Origin: Clostridia bacterium
Lineage (GTDB): Bacteria; Bacillota; Clostridia; Christensenellales; CAG-138
NCBI GenBank assembly: GCA_017416425.1
Contig: JAFQCL010000021.1
Coordinates: forward strand, 32,747 to 96,746
Direction: 5' to 3'
DNA length: 64,000 nt
Below are positions 29,550 to 38,550 of the stretch, piece by piece. The position numbers and the translations under genes are program-made. Under the pieces are notes generated by a model. That model searched no databases. It saw only the letters and a program-made list of their open reading frames with translations, and was not told where the DNA came from. How positions within the stretch are numbered: position 1 is the stretch's first letter; every line of letters starts with the position of its first letter.

Positions 29550-30578
29550 TTAACTATCTTTGGTCATTAGTGTATAAAGGGTTTTGAAAGCATTAAAACT
29601 TTGGGGATCGTCCGATCTATCCATGATGATCTTAGCGCATTCCTTAAGGGACAGGGTGTACGTATCAACGGTGACATCGTAAGTGTCCTGTGGATTTAAT
29701 TCCATGAGCTGACCTTCCGCCTGCCCGATCTCACGGTCGCCACGTTCCTTTTCCCTGCGCCGCAGCTCTTCTATGGGGCAATCCACATGAACGAACAAAA
29801 CAGGATAGTCATGAAGAAGCATGACGCATTCTTCCAATGTGCCGTATAGCTTTAGCAGGATGTGATCGACGATCACACTTATGCCCACATCGGAAAACGC
29901 CTTGATAGTGTGGCTCATGCCGGTCATTGCTCTTACGAAATTTTCCATGGTTTGCTTATTATCCGGCATTATATTATAAAACGTGTCACAACTGAGATGA
30001 AAATAAGGGGTCGGCAGTAAGGACTGCAATTTTTTTGCAAGTGTGGTTTTACCTGAACTTGATACACCGTTTAAAAATATGATATTACCCTTTTTGGCAA
30101 TCTCCTTATGCCGTTCATAGCGATAGTATTTAAACTGAGTGTCCGTATGGGTATGCCTAAATCCCAGTTTTTCCAATATGTGCTGGCTTCTTGTGTTTTT
30201 TAGCAAAGTATCGGCATTTATTGTGGTCATCCCAAGAACGTCAAAGGCAAAACGCATGGCCAGTGTTTCGGCATAAGTGCCATAACCTTTTCCTTTAACG
30301 GAATCGTTTTGCATATGAATGCTCAAGGTACACTCCTTATTTGCATGGTCGATACTCTTAAGCTTAACTTCACCAATGGGGAGATCATCCTTCATGACCA
30401 TAAACACGATGCGGGTGGGGGACTGCTGAGCCTCGAAATAGGCATCGACCTGTCCTTGGATGTATTCATATGGGGTAAAGCGGCTCATGTCCGCAAATAT
30501 AGCAGGGTCGTTTTCAAAGTGCTTAAAGAACTGATGACATAAATCTTTTGTCATCACTTGTAGATAAATTTCGCTCAT
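29550..30578 (-). CDS. Fusion of RimJ/RimL-type GNAT and chloramphenicol-phosphotransferase(CPT)-like P-loop kinase
   Basis: N-half KGKGYGT..NTRSQHILEKLGF; C-half IIFLNGVSSSGKTT, VHVDCPIEELRRREKERGDR..GQA. Confidence 0.82.
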   Translation of the reverse strand: MSEIYLQVMTKDLCHQFFKHFENDPAIFADMSRFTPYEYIQGQVDAYFEAQQSPTRIVFMVMKDDLPIGEVKLKSIDHANKECTLSIHMQNDSVKGKGYGTYAETLAMRFAFDVLGMTTINADTLLKNTRSQHILEKLGFRHTHTDTQFKYYRYERHKEIAKKGNIIFLNGVSSSGKTTLAKKLQSLLPTPYFHLSCDTFYNIMPDNKQTMENFVRAMTGMSHTIKAFSDVGISVIVDHILLKLYGTLEECVMLLHDYPVLFVHVDCPIEELRRREKERGDREIGQAEGQLMELNPQDTYDVTVDTYTLSLKECAKIIMDRSDDPQSFNAFKTLYTLMTKDS

Positions 30579-30903
30579 AGAGACTCCTTGATATTAAGTT
30601 CGAGGTGCTGATCCTTTAAAATCTATAAAGAGATCGGTTTTTACGGAATTTATCCCCCTTTTTTTGATTTTTCTTTGGGGACTACTTGTTCACGAGCCTG
30701 CGTCAGAGGATATATACTGCGGCAGAACTGGCCGCACAACGCTTGAAAATCAATGTTGCTTAAAAAATAAAGCCCAAAACAAAAGGCGAAAGCTTCATTG
30801 TATACGAAGTATACGAACTTTCGCCGCTGCAGGTCAAGTACAGAACCCCTGTTAAATAGATGATAATTTAGGTTTATGCTCCCTTATACAAAATGAACTG
30901 CCT

Positions 30904-31338
30904 TTAAAGGAATTGGCGTATATCGATGGCCAATTGTTCCTCAAGGTTTATTAGGCGCTTTGCAATGTCTTTGGAGACTTCATCTGCCGCCTCATATTGG
31001 TTCAGATACCTGTTAAGGGATTTTACACCCATATTACACCCATCTGTCATTAGATCGGCGATGGTCTTGTCCGATTCGTTCAAAGCCAGTTTGACGCTTG
31101 TTTTCATCCAGGACATTCCTTTGGCGATCGGACTTGGGTCTTTTCCTTCATCTTCGTATTGAGCAAGGAGCTGCTGTATCTCATGATCCAGCTTTTTATG
31201 CTCGTTTTTGCAGTCAGTCAGGTATTTTTTAAAATCATCAGCGCTGACATAGCCTAAAACCTCCTCAATGGATGCTGTACCCATTTTAACCCCAGCATCG
31301 CATTCTCGAAGCAATTTTATGGTATCGTTTTCTATCAT
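30904..31338 (-). CDS. Conserved hypothetical protein, probably ferritin-like four-helix bundle
   Basis: 144-aa helical ORF with SD; LLRECDAGVKMG, IADLMTDGCNMG. Confidence 0.65.
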   Translation of the reverse strand: MIENDTIKLLRECDAGVKMGTASIEEVLGYVSADDFKKYLTDCKNEHKKLDHEIQQLLAQYEDEGKDPSPIAKGMSWMKTSVKLALNESDKTIADLMTDGCNMGVKSLNRYLNQYEAADEVSKDIAKRLINLEEQLAIDIRQFL

Positions 31339-31490
31339 TACTTAAATCAGTGTCCTTTCTTATCAGATGTAGAAAGTATTCCCGTTTGCATAGAATACTA
31401 TACTAATAAGAAAATCCGCTTTCATAAAGCATGCGTATACTTAAACGATTGACCTGATTTTAGAAACGTCTTATTAGCGGAAATAGCAAA

Positions 31491-31825
31491 CTAAATATCG
31501 ACTCCAAGCTCTTTTCATTTATCAGTATCAAGGTAGTGGTTTAACAGAGCAGCTTACCGATATTTTGCCGGCTACTTATCGCGCTCTACACCGATGGCAT
31601 CAACGTAGAACCATGCCAAATTGCATTGCGCGTCATGGCGCCGTGTTGTGCGGCCAGATGAGTCCAGTAAAAAGCTTTTTGCATATCTTTTACCACGCCC
31701 AGGTCTTCATAATAAAAACATACAATCCGGCATTCAGCCATTTATCGTATCGCCAGGTGTTTTAAAATTTTCGATCAGCTGATTACATAATTCAGCTCTT
31801 TTTAAGGATTGTAGTAATTACTCAT
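31491..31825 (-). pseudogene. Decayed Sel1-like repeat protein gene
   Basis: Manual translation with frameshifts/stops: MSNYYNP*KELN / AECRIVCFYYEDLGV / KDMQKAFYWTHLAAQHG / DAQCNLAWFYVDAIGVERDK*PAKY. Confidence 0.8.
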
Positions 31826-31854
31826 AGCGTTCAGCCCTCTTGGCTTTGCCAGGT

Positions 31855-32493
31855 TTAGTCCAAAAACTCCACTTCACCTGTAGCTATATTGTAGATAGCA
31901 CCCTTGATTTCGACTTTGTCGAGACTTTCAAGCTCTTTTATGATCTCGCTTGCTCTGATCCTGTCTATACTGTTTTGTACATTCAAGCGCTCTGCCTGCT
32001 CTTTGGTGCAATTTTTTGGAAGACATGAAATTATCTCATCGACTATAGCTTTGATATGACCATGCGCTTCGCCGCTTAAAGCTGCTTCTACAGCGCCGCA
32101 TTGTGTGTGTCCAAGCACCACGATAAGCGTTGCACCCAGGTGCTCCACTCCGTATTCGATGCTTCCAAGCTCAAAATGGCCTATAATGTTACCCGCTGTA
32201 CGTACAACGAACAGCTCGCCAATACCTGCCTGAAAAATATGCTCGGGCGGCACTCTTGAATCCGAGCAGGTGACTATGACCGCATAGGGGGACTGACCAT
32301 TTTCCGCCGTGTCGGTTCGCTTTTCTTTAGATACATCTGCACTATTTTTATCGGAAGAAACATATTCGGCATTTTTTTCAAGAAGAAAATTCATAATATC
32401 CCTTGTATCAAACACATCAGGGGTTTTTGTTTGAGCGCAGCCTGTAAAAATAAACAGCATTGCGATAAATATCAAGATCGTTTTTATTTTCAT
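31855..32493 (-). CDS. Beta-class carbonic anhydrase, predicted lipoprotein
   Basis: CSDSR and GHTQCG zinc motifs, RTAGN; lipobox FTGC. Confidence 0.92.
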   Translation of the reverse strand: MKIKTILIFIAMLFIFTGCAQTKTPDVFDTRDIMNFLLEKNAEYVSSDKNSADVSKEKRTDTAENGQSPYAVIVTCSDSRVPPEHIFQAGIGELFVVRTAGNIIGHFELGSIEYGVEHLGATLIVVLGHTQCGAVEAALSGEAHGHIKAIVDEIISCLPKNCTKEQAERLNVQNSIDRIRASEIIKELESLDKVEIKGAIYNIATGEVEFLD

Positions 32494-32617
32494 GTTTTTA
32501 CATCGTCCTTTGAATTTTTTAAATTATGAATAAAGGTAGATACTACATAAAACTGTATCATACTAAAGTTAAAAGGACAATATTAATTACGGCGCCGTTT
32601 TGTTGTTATCAAGGACA

Positions 32618-32983
32618 TTATTTGCCCCAATGCTTTACGACTTTCCAATATGTATCGGAATCGAAATCAATGATGTATTTTGAATGTTGATCGAATATAA
32701 GATAATATGCTGTTACTGCTTTCTTGCCTTCTTTTACACATTTTTGCAGTCTGTGATTGCCGTCTATCAGTTTATCTTGAGCTTCATTCAATTGAACGAT
32801 TATCAGAGGCTCTGTTATATCGGTAGTCATAGCATATTCTATGTTTCCATTGAATCTATTTTCGCTTACCAATTTCTCAACTGAAAAATCTTTTGTGGCA
32901 AATTGCTCAGTATCATGTAAGATAGCTTCAATATCCCAGACGATACTTCCATATTCGTTGCCGATTTGATATTTTTGCTCCAT
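32618..32983 (-). CDS. Small ParB/sulfiredoxin-like N-terminal domain protein
   Basis: PLIIV...LIDGNHRL motif; GGAGG SD before ATG 32983. Confidence 0.6.
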   Translation of the reverse strand: MEQKYQIGNEYGSIVWDIEAILHDTEQFATKDFSVEKLVSENRFNGNIEYAMTTDITEPLIIVQLNEAQDKLIDGNHRLQKCVKEGKKAVTAYYLIFDQHSKYIIDFDSDTYWKVVKHWGK

Positions 32984-33152
32984 GTCTACCCCCTCCTGCA
33001 AAATGAAATTTTACCACCATTGTGTTACAGTATGTATGGCTAACGCCATAGTGAAGTGTTTTGTTTGCGCAAAACGTGAAGTTAAGTGTGCCACTCACGC
33101 CCGCAAGGCAGACTTAGTTGAAAAAACGACAGGCCAAAACCTGTCGTTATTT

Positions 33153-33243
33153 TGGCGGAGAGAAAGGGATTCGAACCCTTGATGACATTCCTGCCATACA
33201 CGATTTCCAGTCGTGCGCCTTAGACCAACTCAGCCATCTCTCC
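33153..33243 (-). tRNA. tRNA-Ser (GGA)
   Basis: GGAGAGA...CACGA-CTGGAAA-TCGTG anticodon arm, long variable arm, GGTTCGAATCC, encoded CCA. Confidence 0.97.
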
Positions 33244-33363
33244 ATATTGCTATTATTCGTGTTTGCGAAAACCGCTTGATTATGTTAGCATAGTATTGTT
33301 TAAAATGCAAGTGCTTTTTATTAATAGATCCGTACTTTAATAAAATATATTGCCGGAGGGGTT

Positions 33364-34335
33364 ATGGATACGAATAACACAAGGGGTAATGCCTCAAAAA
33401 AACATAAGAAAAAAGGTTCTGCCTTTTCGTTCATTCTATGTATACTGCTTTTGATCTCGGCGCTTGGCTTTGGGATAACATCAACTCTTAGGAATGTCAT
33501 AAATGAAGAAACCCTGACTAACGTGGCAAGAGGCATAGATTATGGCAGTATACCCGTAGGCGCTCTTATCGATGAAGGCGAACCTATGACGCTTGCTGAA
33601 ATGCTTTATGGCCTTGTGGGAGGTATCGGCATTCCCATATCTATAGAGCAAATAGAGGTGATGGCAAATGAATGCGGAATCGCGGAGCTTTTTGAGGATG
33701 TACTTCTTGATTATTGCGCATACATAAAGGACGGCTCGGGAAAGGGCTACATAGAAAGTTCGCGCATTGCCGAATTTGTCGCAGGTATAGGCGGGGATTA
33801 TATGAAGCGTCTTTTGGGAGAAGGTACCTGGATGATGCTTGAGGATACCATAGTAAACGCTATAACGTCCGCTATGGAAACGGGCGATGTCAAGGCGGCG
33901 CTTAATGCCATATCACTTCGCCGTCTTGAGGAAAGCGGGGAGATAGACCTTGACGTTATTCGCTTTTTGATATCGGATGTGATGCTTTATATTGCACTTT
34001 TTGTTGTCATAATCACCACCATACTTCTTATTAGGGCAAATAGACCAAGAGCAAGAAAGGGCATACTTAAAGCAAGCATTTTGACGTTTGTCGTTGCATT
34101 CATATTCATCATAATCTGGGTTGCTTTACCAATTTTGATAGAAGGAGATGGTAATGACGCGCTGCTTATGTTCATTTCGTCTGAGCTGTTACCGGGGATC
34201 ACCGAATCCATGATGGCAGTAGGCGTCATATTCATTGCGGTGGGCTTTATAGAGCTTATTGTGTACTTTATAGCCGCGTCAAAGGCAAAAAAGCGCTCTG
34301 CCTTGAACAAAGCAAAGAGTAGAGGAGCTATGTAA
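33364..34335 (+). CDS. Hypothetical membrane protein
   Basis: N-terminal TM, extracytoplasmic region, three C-terminal TM segments; GGAGG SD. Confidence 0.75.
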   Translation: MDTNNTRGNASKKHKKKGSAFSFILCILLLISALGFGITSTLRNVINEETLTNVARGIDYGSIPVGALIDEGEPMTLAEMLYGLVGGIGIPISIEQIEVMANECGIAELFEDVLLDYCAYIKDGSGKGYIESSRIAEFVAGIGGDYMKRLLGEGTWMMLEDTIVNAITSAMETGDVKAALNAISLRRLEESGEIDLDVIRFLISDVMLYIALFVVIITTILLIRANRPRARKGILKASILTFVVAFIFIIIWVALPILIEGDGNDALLMFISSELLPGITESMMAVGVIFIAVGFIELIVYFIAASKAKKRSALNKAKSRGAM

Positions 34336-34356
34336 TTTTTGAAGAAGGGATCAAGT

Positions 34357-35265
34357 TTGAAAATCAATATGGAAAAAGGTCTTAAAAAGAATAAAAACAG
34401 AAATATAGCCTTTCTTATCAAGCGTATACTTGCGGGTGTTGTGATAGGTATCGGCGGCATCATACCAGGGGTCAGCGGAGGCATAATGGCTGTGTCGCTT
34501 GGACTTTATAAGCCTATGCTCGATGCTGTAAGCGGTATTTTAAAAAATTTTAAAAGGAGCCTCAAGTTCCTCTTGCCGATCGCGATAGGCGGCATCGTGG
34601 GTCTTCTTGCTACATCCCACCTTGTGGAATGGGCGCTTGATGCATATCCTATACCTGTCATGTGCCTGTTTGTCGGTCTTGTTGCCGGAGGTATACCTAA
34701 TCTTATTTCAGAAGCGAATTCAAAGGGTGGGTTTAAAAAACGCTATCTTTTCGCGACATTTATAGGCGCTCTTTTTGTGTTTGGGCTTTCTTTGCTTGAA
34801 ACGCTGCTGTTTTCGAACAATCCCCTCGAATTTAACTACCTTACCGCCATGCTTACAGGAGGAATACTCGCGGTAGGAACGGTAATACCAGGCATAAGCA
34901 CATCCTTTATATTGATGTTTTTAGGACTTTACGAGCCTCTTATTGGAACTGTTAACACCGTTACCGATATTCCACTTATAATCGACATGATAGGCGGAAA
35001 CGGTGCTGCGCTTATGGCTTGGATAGATGCGCTTCTTCACATGGGATTTGTGCTTATCGGAGTAGCTGTTGTTGGACTTTTATTGGTGCTGCTTGTCAAA
35101 AAACTTATAGAAACCTATCATGGCTATGCTTACTATGCTATATTGGGCTTCCTTGGGATGTCGATGTGTCTGATATTTCCGGGCGGCGCCGCTGCCGGCA
35201 TGCTGCTCGTATTTGGCTTTATGGCGTCATTTATTATAGATAAGTTTATGAATAAAAAGGCATAG
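34357..35265 (+). CDS. DUF368 family membrane protein (start TTG 34357 or ATG 34369)
   Basis: Duplicated IPGVSGG / IPGISTS motifs, multiple TM helices. Confidence 0.88.
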   Translation: MKINMEKGLKKNKNRNIAFLIKRILAGVVIGIGGIIPGVSGGIMAVSLGLYKPMLDAVSGILKNFKRSLKFLLPIAIGGIVGLLATSHLVEWALDAYPIPVMCLFVGLVAGGIPNLISEANSKGGFKKRYLFATFIGALFVFGLSLLETLLFSNNPLEFNYLTAMLTGGILAVGTVIPGISTSFILMFLGLYEPLIGTVNTVTDIPLIIDMIGGNGAALMAWIDALLHMGFVLIGVAVVGLLLVLLVKKLIETYHGYAYYAILGFLGMSMCLIFPGGAAAGMLLVFGFMASFIIDKFMNKKA

Positions 35266-35410
35266 AGTTTCAAAATAATTTTCAAGCCGTGTTTTGTGAC
35301 CTTCGCACCATTTCGGCTGCGATTTTGTGTTTGCACAAAACCGGTCCCAATTCCACAGGAAAGGATGCTTTAATACATCAAAAGCATGTATTAAAGTTAT
35401 GGTAATAAGT
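35266..35410 (+). repeat. Start-codon-adjacent structured element, copy E (fills the DUF368-tcdA gap)
   Basis: AGTTTCAAAATAATTTTCAAGCCGTGTTTTG...GCACAAAACCGGTCCCAATTCCACAGGAAAGGATGCTTTAATACAT..ATGTATTAAAGTTATGGTAATAAGT-TTG; colinear with copy A. Confidence 0.9.
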
Positions 35411-36133
35411 TTGAAATACACAAGGGATGACTTGCTGGCGAGAACGGCTATGCTTATAGGCAAGCAAGGTCTGGATATTCTTTGGAAGAAAAGTATCGCC
35501 GTTTTTGGAGCAGGCGGCGTAGGCGGACACTGTATTGAAGCGCTTGCGCGCTGTGGGATTGGGCATATACACATAGTAGACGCGGACAGGGTGGCAGAGT
35601 CAAACCTTAACAGGCAGATATTTGCTACAAGATCCACAATAGGTATGCTGAAGGTGGATGCCGCAAGACGCAGGATAGAGGACATATCGTACTGCAACGT
35701 TACGACCGATAACATATTCGTGCTGCCCGACAATGTGTCAAGCGCAATTCCCGAGGGGATAGATTATGTGATAGACGCTATAGATACTGTCGCCGCCAAG
35801 GTCGCTCTCGCGTGCGAGGCAAAAAGAAGAGATATTCCCATAATATCCTGTATGGGTACGGGAAATAGACTGGAGCCCGGCAACCTTAGAATTACGGATA
35901 TCTATGATACAAAAGGCTGTCCGTTGGCAAGAGCTATGCGCCATGAGCTTAGAAAGAAGGGTGTGAATAAGCTTAAAGTTCTCGTATCCGATTCGCCTGT
36001 AATAAAGCCCAATATAAGCGCAGAAGGCAGGCAGCCGCCGGGAAGCATATCGTATGTACCGGCAATGGCTGGGCTTATGCTTTGCGGTACCGTTGTGTCC
36101 GAGCTGCTTGGTTGCGTCATAAAACAGGTTTGA
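35411..36133 (+). CDS. tcdA: tRNA threonylcarbamoyladenosine dehydratase (ThiF family); alternative ATG 35399
   Basis: GAGGVGG, SNLNRQ, DAIDT, MGTGNRL, CPLARAMRHELRK. Confidence 0.88.
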   Translation: MKYTRDDLLARTAMLIGKQGLDILWKKSIAVFGAGGVGGHCIEALARCGIGHIHIVDADRVAESNLNRQIFATRSTIGMLKVDAARRRIEDISYCNVTTDNIFVLPDNVSSAIPEGIDYVIDAIDTVAAKVALACEAKRRDIPIISCMGTGNRLEPGNLRITDIYDTKGCPLARAMRHELRKKGVNKLKVLVSDSPVIKPNISAEGRQPPGSISYVPAMAGLMLCGTVVSELLGCVIKQV

Positions 36134-36136
36134 TAT

Positions 36137-36175
36137 AAAAAGAGCGAAAGGCGATATAGCCCTTCGCTTCTTTTT
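36137..36175. terminator. Bidirectional terminator
   Basis: AAAAAGAGCGAA.GGC...GCCCTTCGCTTCTTTTT between convergent genes. Confidence 0.7.
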
Positions 36176-36899
36176 ATCCGCTATACCTAAGCCCTGCGGC
36201 TTTATATAGCGATGCTACTTCAATAGGTGACAGATAGCGCCATTGACCGCTTTTAAGGCCGTTTAGTGAGAGCGGCCCAAGCCTTACACGCCTGAGCCTA
36301 AGCGTGTTATGACCGATGGCAGTAAGCATGCGCCTCACCTGCCTGTTTCTGCCCTCGTGTATCGTGATGGAAAGCTTAGTCCTATCGCCATCGATGTGTA
36401 TTGGCAAGGATACTCTGGCAGGGGATGTGAGGCCATCTTCAAGCATTACGCCGCTTTCAAGCCGTAACCGTTCGGATTCGGTTACGAGCCCATCGCATAT
36501 CACCAGATACGTCTTTTCAACTTCATGGCTTGGGTGTGTAAGCGCATGCGTCAGTTCGCCGTCGTTTGTGAGGAGGATAAGCCCCTCCGAGTTGATATCG
36601 AGCCTGCCTACATTATAAACACGGCACGGAACACCCTCCACAAGATCAAACACGGTGCGGCGTTTTTCCGGGTCATCGGCGCTGCAAATTACCCCCTTTG
36701 GCTTATTCAGCATTATGACTATCTTATTTTGCTCTCTTTTAACCAGGCTATTGTCAAGCATAATGACGTCATCATCGTTTACGCTCATACCAAGCTCTGC
36801 GATAACGCCGTTTACCGTGACATGCCCTTTTACTATAAGCTCCTCGGCCTTTCTTCTCGATGCGACTCCGGCCTCTGCCAGAAATTTATGCAGGCGCAT
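36174..36899 (-). CDS. rluB: rRNA pseudouridine synthase, RsuA/RluB family
   Basis: S4 domain RLHKFLAEAGVASRR, VGRLD, EGRNRQVRRM. Confidence 0.88.
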   Translation of the reverse strand: MRLHKFLAEAGVASRRKAEELIVKGHVTVNGVIAELGMSVNDDDVIMLDNSLVKREQNKIVIMLNKPKGVICSADDPEKRRTVFDLVEGVPCRVYNVGRLDINSEGLILLTNDGELTHALTHPSHEVEKTYLVICDGLVTESERLRLESGVMLEDGLTSPARVSLPIHIDGDRTKLSITIHEGRNRQVRRMLTAIGHNTLRLRRVRLGPLSLNGLKSGQWRYLSPIEVASLYKAAGLRYSG

Positions 36900-36938
36900 A
36901 GAATACCTCCCATCTATTTTGAGGTAAAGCGCAGGAAA

Positions 36939-38072
36939 TCAGCTTATTCCCTTGACTACAAAGCTAAGGTAATCCCAAAATGTAAGCATCCGAGCGTCAT
37001 TCATTGCGACAAGCGGTACGCTGTAGATAAGCCTTGATCCGTCATAAAGCTCAAGTGTGCCTATGGGATCACCCTTATTTACGGTTTGACCGATGACCCT
37101 TGGAGCAAGCACTCTGGTTTTTATATGCGCTTCTTCTGAAACCTCTACAGGTACCATTATATCCGTTAAAACGCCAAGTGCCAACAGCTTTTTGTCACAT
37201 TTTTCAAGTTTTACAAAGGATACAGGCTCATCCCTTGAAATCAATGACACCATATGATAGTTATTAAATGCATAATTTAAAAGCGAAGCTGATTCTCCGA
37301 ATATATCGCCGCTTTTTAAGACTACGCCTACTATTTCCATATCATTACGCTCTGCGGAAAAGGCAAGGCATTTGCCGGCCACGCTTGTATAGCCGGTCTT
37401 AAGGCCTGTTGCTCCCTCAAATTCCCAAAGCAGCTTATTTTTATTTTTAAAATAGCGAATGGTATTTCCGCTTTGCGTAGTGTAATAGGTAGTACCTACT
37501 ATTTGTCTGAATGTTTCATTTTCCATTGCGGCGCAGGCAATAACGCAAAGATCATATGCCGTAGTATAGTGATCATCATCATGCAGGCCGTTTGGGGTCA
37601 CAAAATGGGTATTTAAAAGGCCGAGTTCGAGGGCTTTTTGATTCATAAGCTCTACAAATGCTTCGGTAGTACCGGCAACATGCATGGCTATGGCTATAGC
37701 GGCATCGTTTCCCGAAGCAAGCATGAGACCATATAAAAGATCCGACATAAGAAGCACTTCTTGGGGCATCAGGTACATACTTGAGCCTTCCGCACCGACA
37801 GCCTCATGGCTTACGGTCACTTTTTCATCCAGCTCACAGCGCTCAAGCGCGACAAGCGCTGTCATTATCTTTGTTGTACTTGCCATAGGAAGCTGTTCAT
37901 GCGCGTTTTTGCCGTATAAAACTGTACCTGTACTTCTTTCCATAACGACAGCTCCTTCAGCTGATACTGAAACAGACTGGTCGAATCTTGCGTTGGATAT
38001 CGGAAGCGCAAAAAGTGTCGTAAAAAGGAGCGTTGCGCTCATTAAAAGCTTTAGTAAAATCGAACGTTTCAT
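36939..38072 (-). CDS. dacB: D-alanyl-D-alanine carboxypeptidase (peptidase S11)
   Basis: ASTTK, SGNDA, KTG motifs; ytfJ-dacB-rluB context. Confidence 0.85.
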   Translation of the reverse strand: MKRSILLKLLMSATLLFTTLFALPISNARFDQSVSVSAEGAVVMERSTGTVLYGKNAHEQLPMASTTKIMTALVALERCELDEKVTVSHEAVGAEGSSMYLMPQEVLLMSDLLYGLMLASGNDAAIAIAMHVAGTTEAFVELMNQKALELGLLNTHFVTPNGLHDDDHYTTAYDLCVIACAAMENETFRQIVGTTYYTTQSGNTIRYFKNKNKLLWEFEGATGLKTGYTSVAGKCLAFSAERNDMEIVGVVLKSGDIFGESASLLNYAFNNYHMVSLISRDEPVSFVKLEKCDKKLLALGVLTDIMVPVEVSEEAHIKTRVLAPRVIGQTVNKGDPIGTLELYDGSRLIYSVPLVAMNDARMLTFWDYLSFVVKGIS

Positions 38073-38081
38073 AAGTTTTCC

Positions 38082-38543
38082 TTAATCACAGTACTCTGTA
38101 TTCGTATCAGTAACGCATTCCTTTTCGCATTCGTTTTGTTGTTCTGCTTTTTTTCCACAGCACATCTCCTTCACGCTGTTAAGGACTCTTGGTATAAGCT
38201 CAACGAGCCTGTCTACGGTACAATCGTATTGAACGGGCTTTATGCTTACATCTCCGCTTGATACCGATACAAACGCCATAGGTGTAATGCTCATGCCCGC
38301 AGCGGCTGTTCCTGCGAATGGGAACCTTGACAAATCGGCTGAGGAATCCTGCGTACAATTCTTTTTCTTATCCGAGCAGTTATATTCGCCGCCTCCGGAG
38401 TGAAAGCCCAGTGATACCTTTGATACCGGAACTATCATGGTATTCGCGTCTACGACTATCGGATCTCCAACTATGGTATTTACGTCTACCATGCCTTTTA
38501 TCTGCTCCATAGAGCTTTTCATGATGTTTTCAATGGGGTGCAT
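38082..38543 (-). CDS. ytfJ: Sporulation protein YtfJ/GerW
   Basis: HPIENIM, VDVNTIVGDPI, PVSKVSLGF.SGGGE. Confidence 0.88.
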   Translation of the reverse strand: MHPIENIMKSSMEQIKGMVDVNTIVGDPIVVDANTMIVPVSKVSLGFHSGGGEYNCSDKKKNCTQDSSADLSRFPFAGTAAAGMSITPMAFVSVSSGDVSIKPVQYDCTVDRLVELIPRVLNSVKEMCCGKKAEQQNECEKECVTDTNTEYCD

Positions 38544-38550
38544 AATATTT

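Noticed and set aside
5299-35410. Repeat copies as a CRISPR array or classical MITE/IS
   Set aside because: They are dispersed rather than regularly spaced, have no spacers, cas genes or terminal inverted repeats, and no transposase is visible.
35327-35410. 28-aa N-terminal extension of TcdA in the ORF track
   Set aside because: It is a reading of repeat copy E; TcdA similarity begins near TTG 35411.
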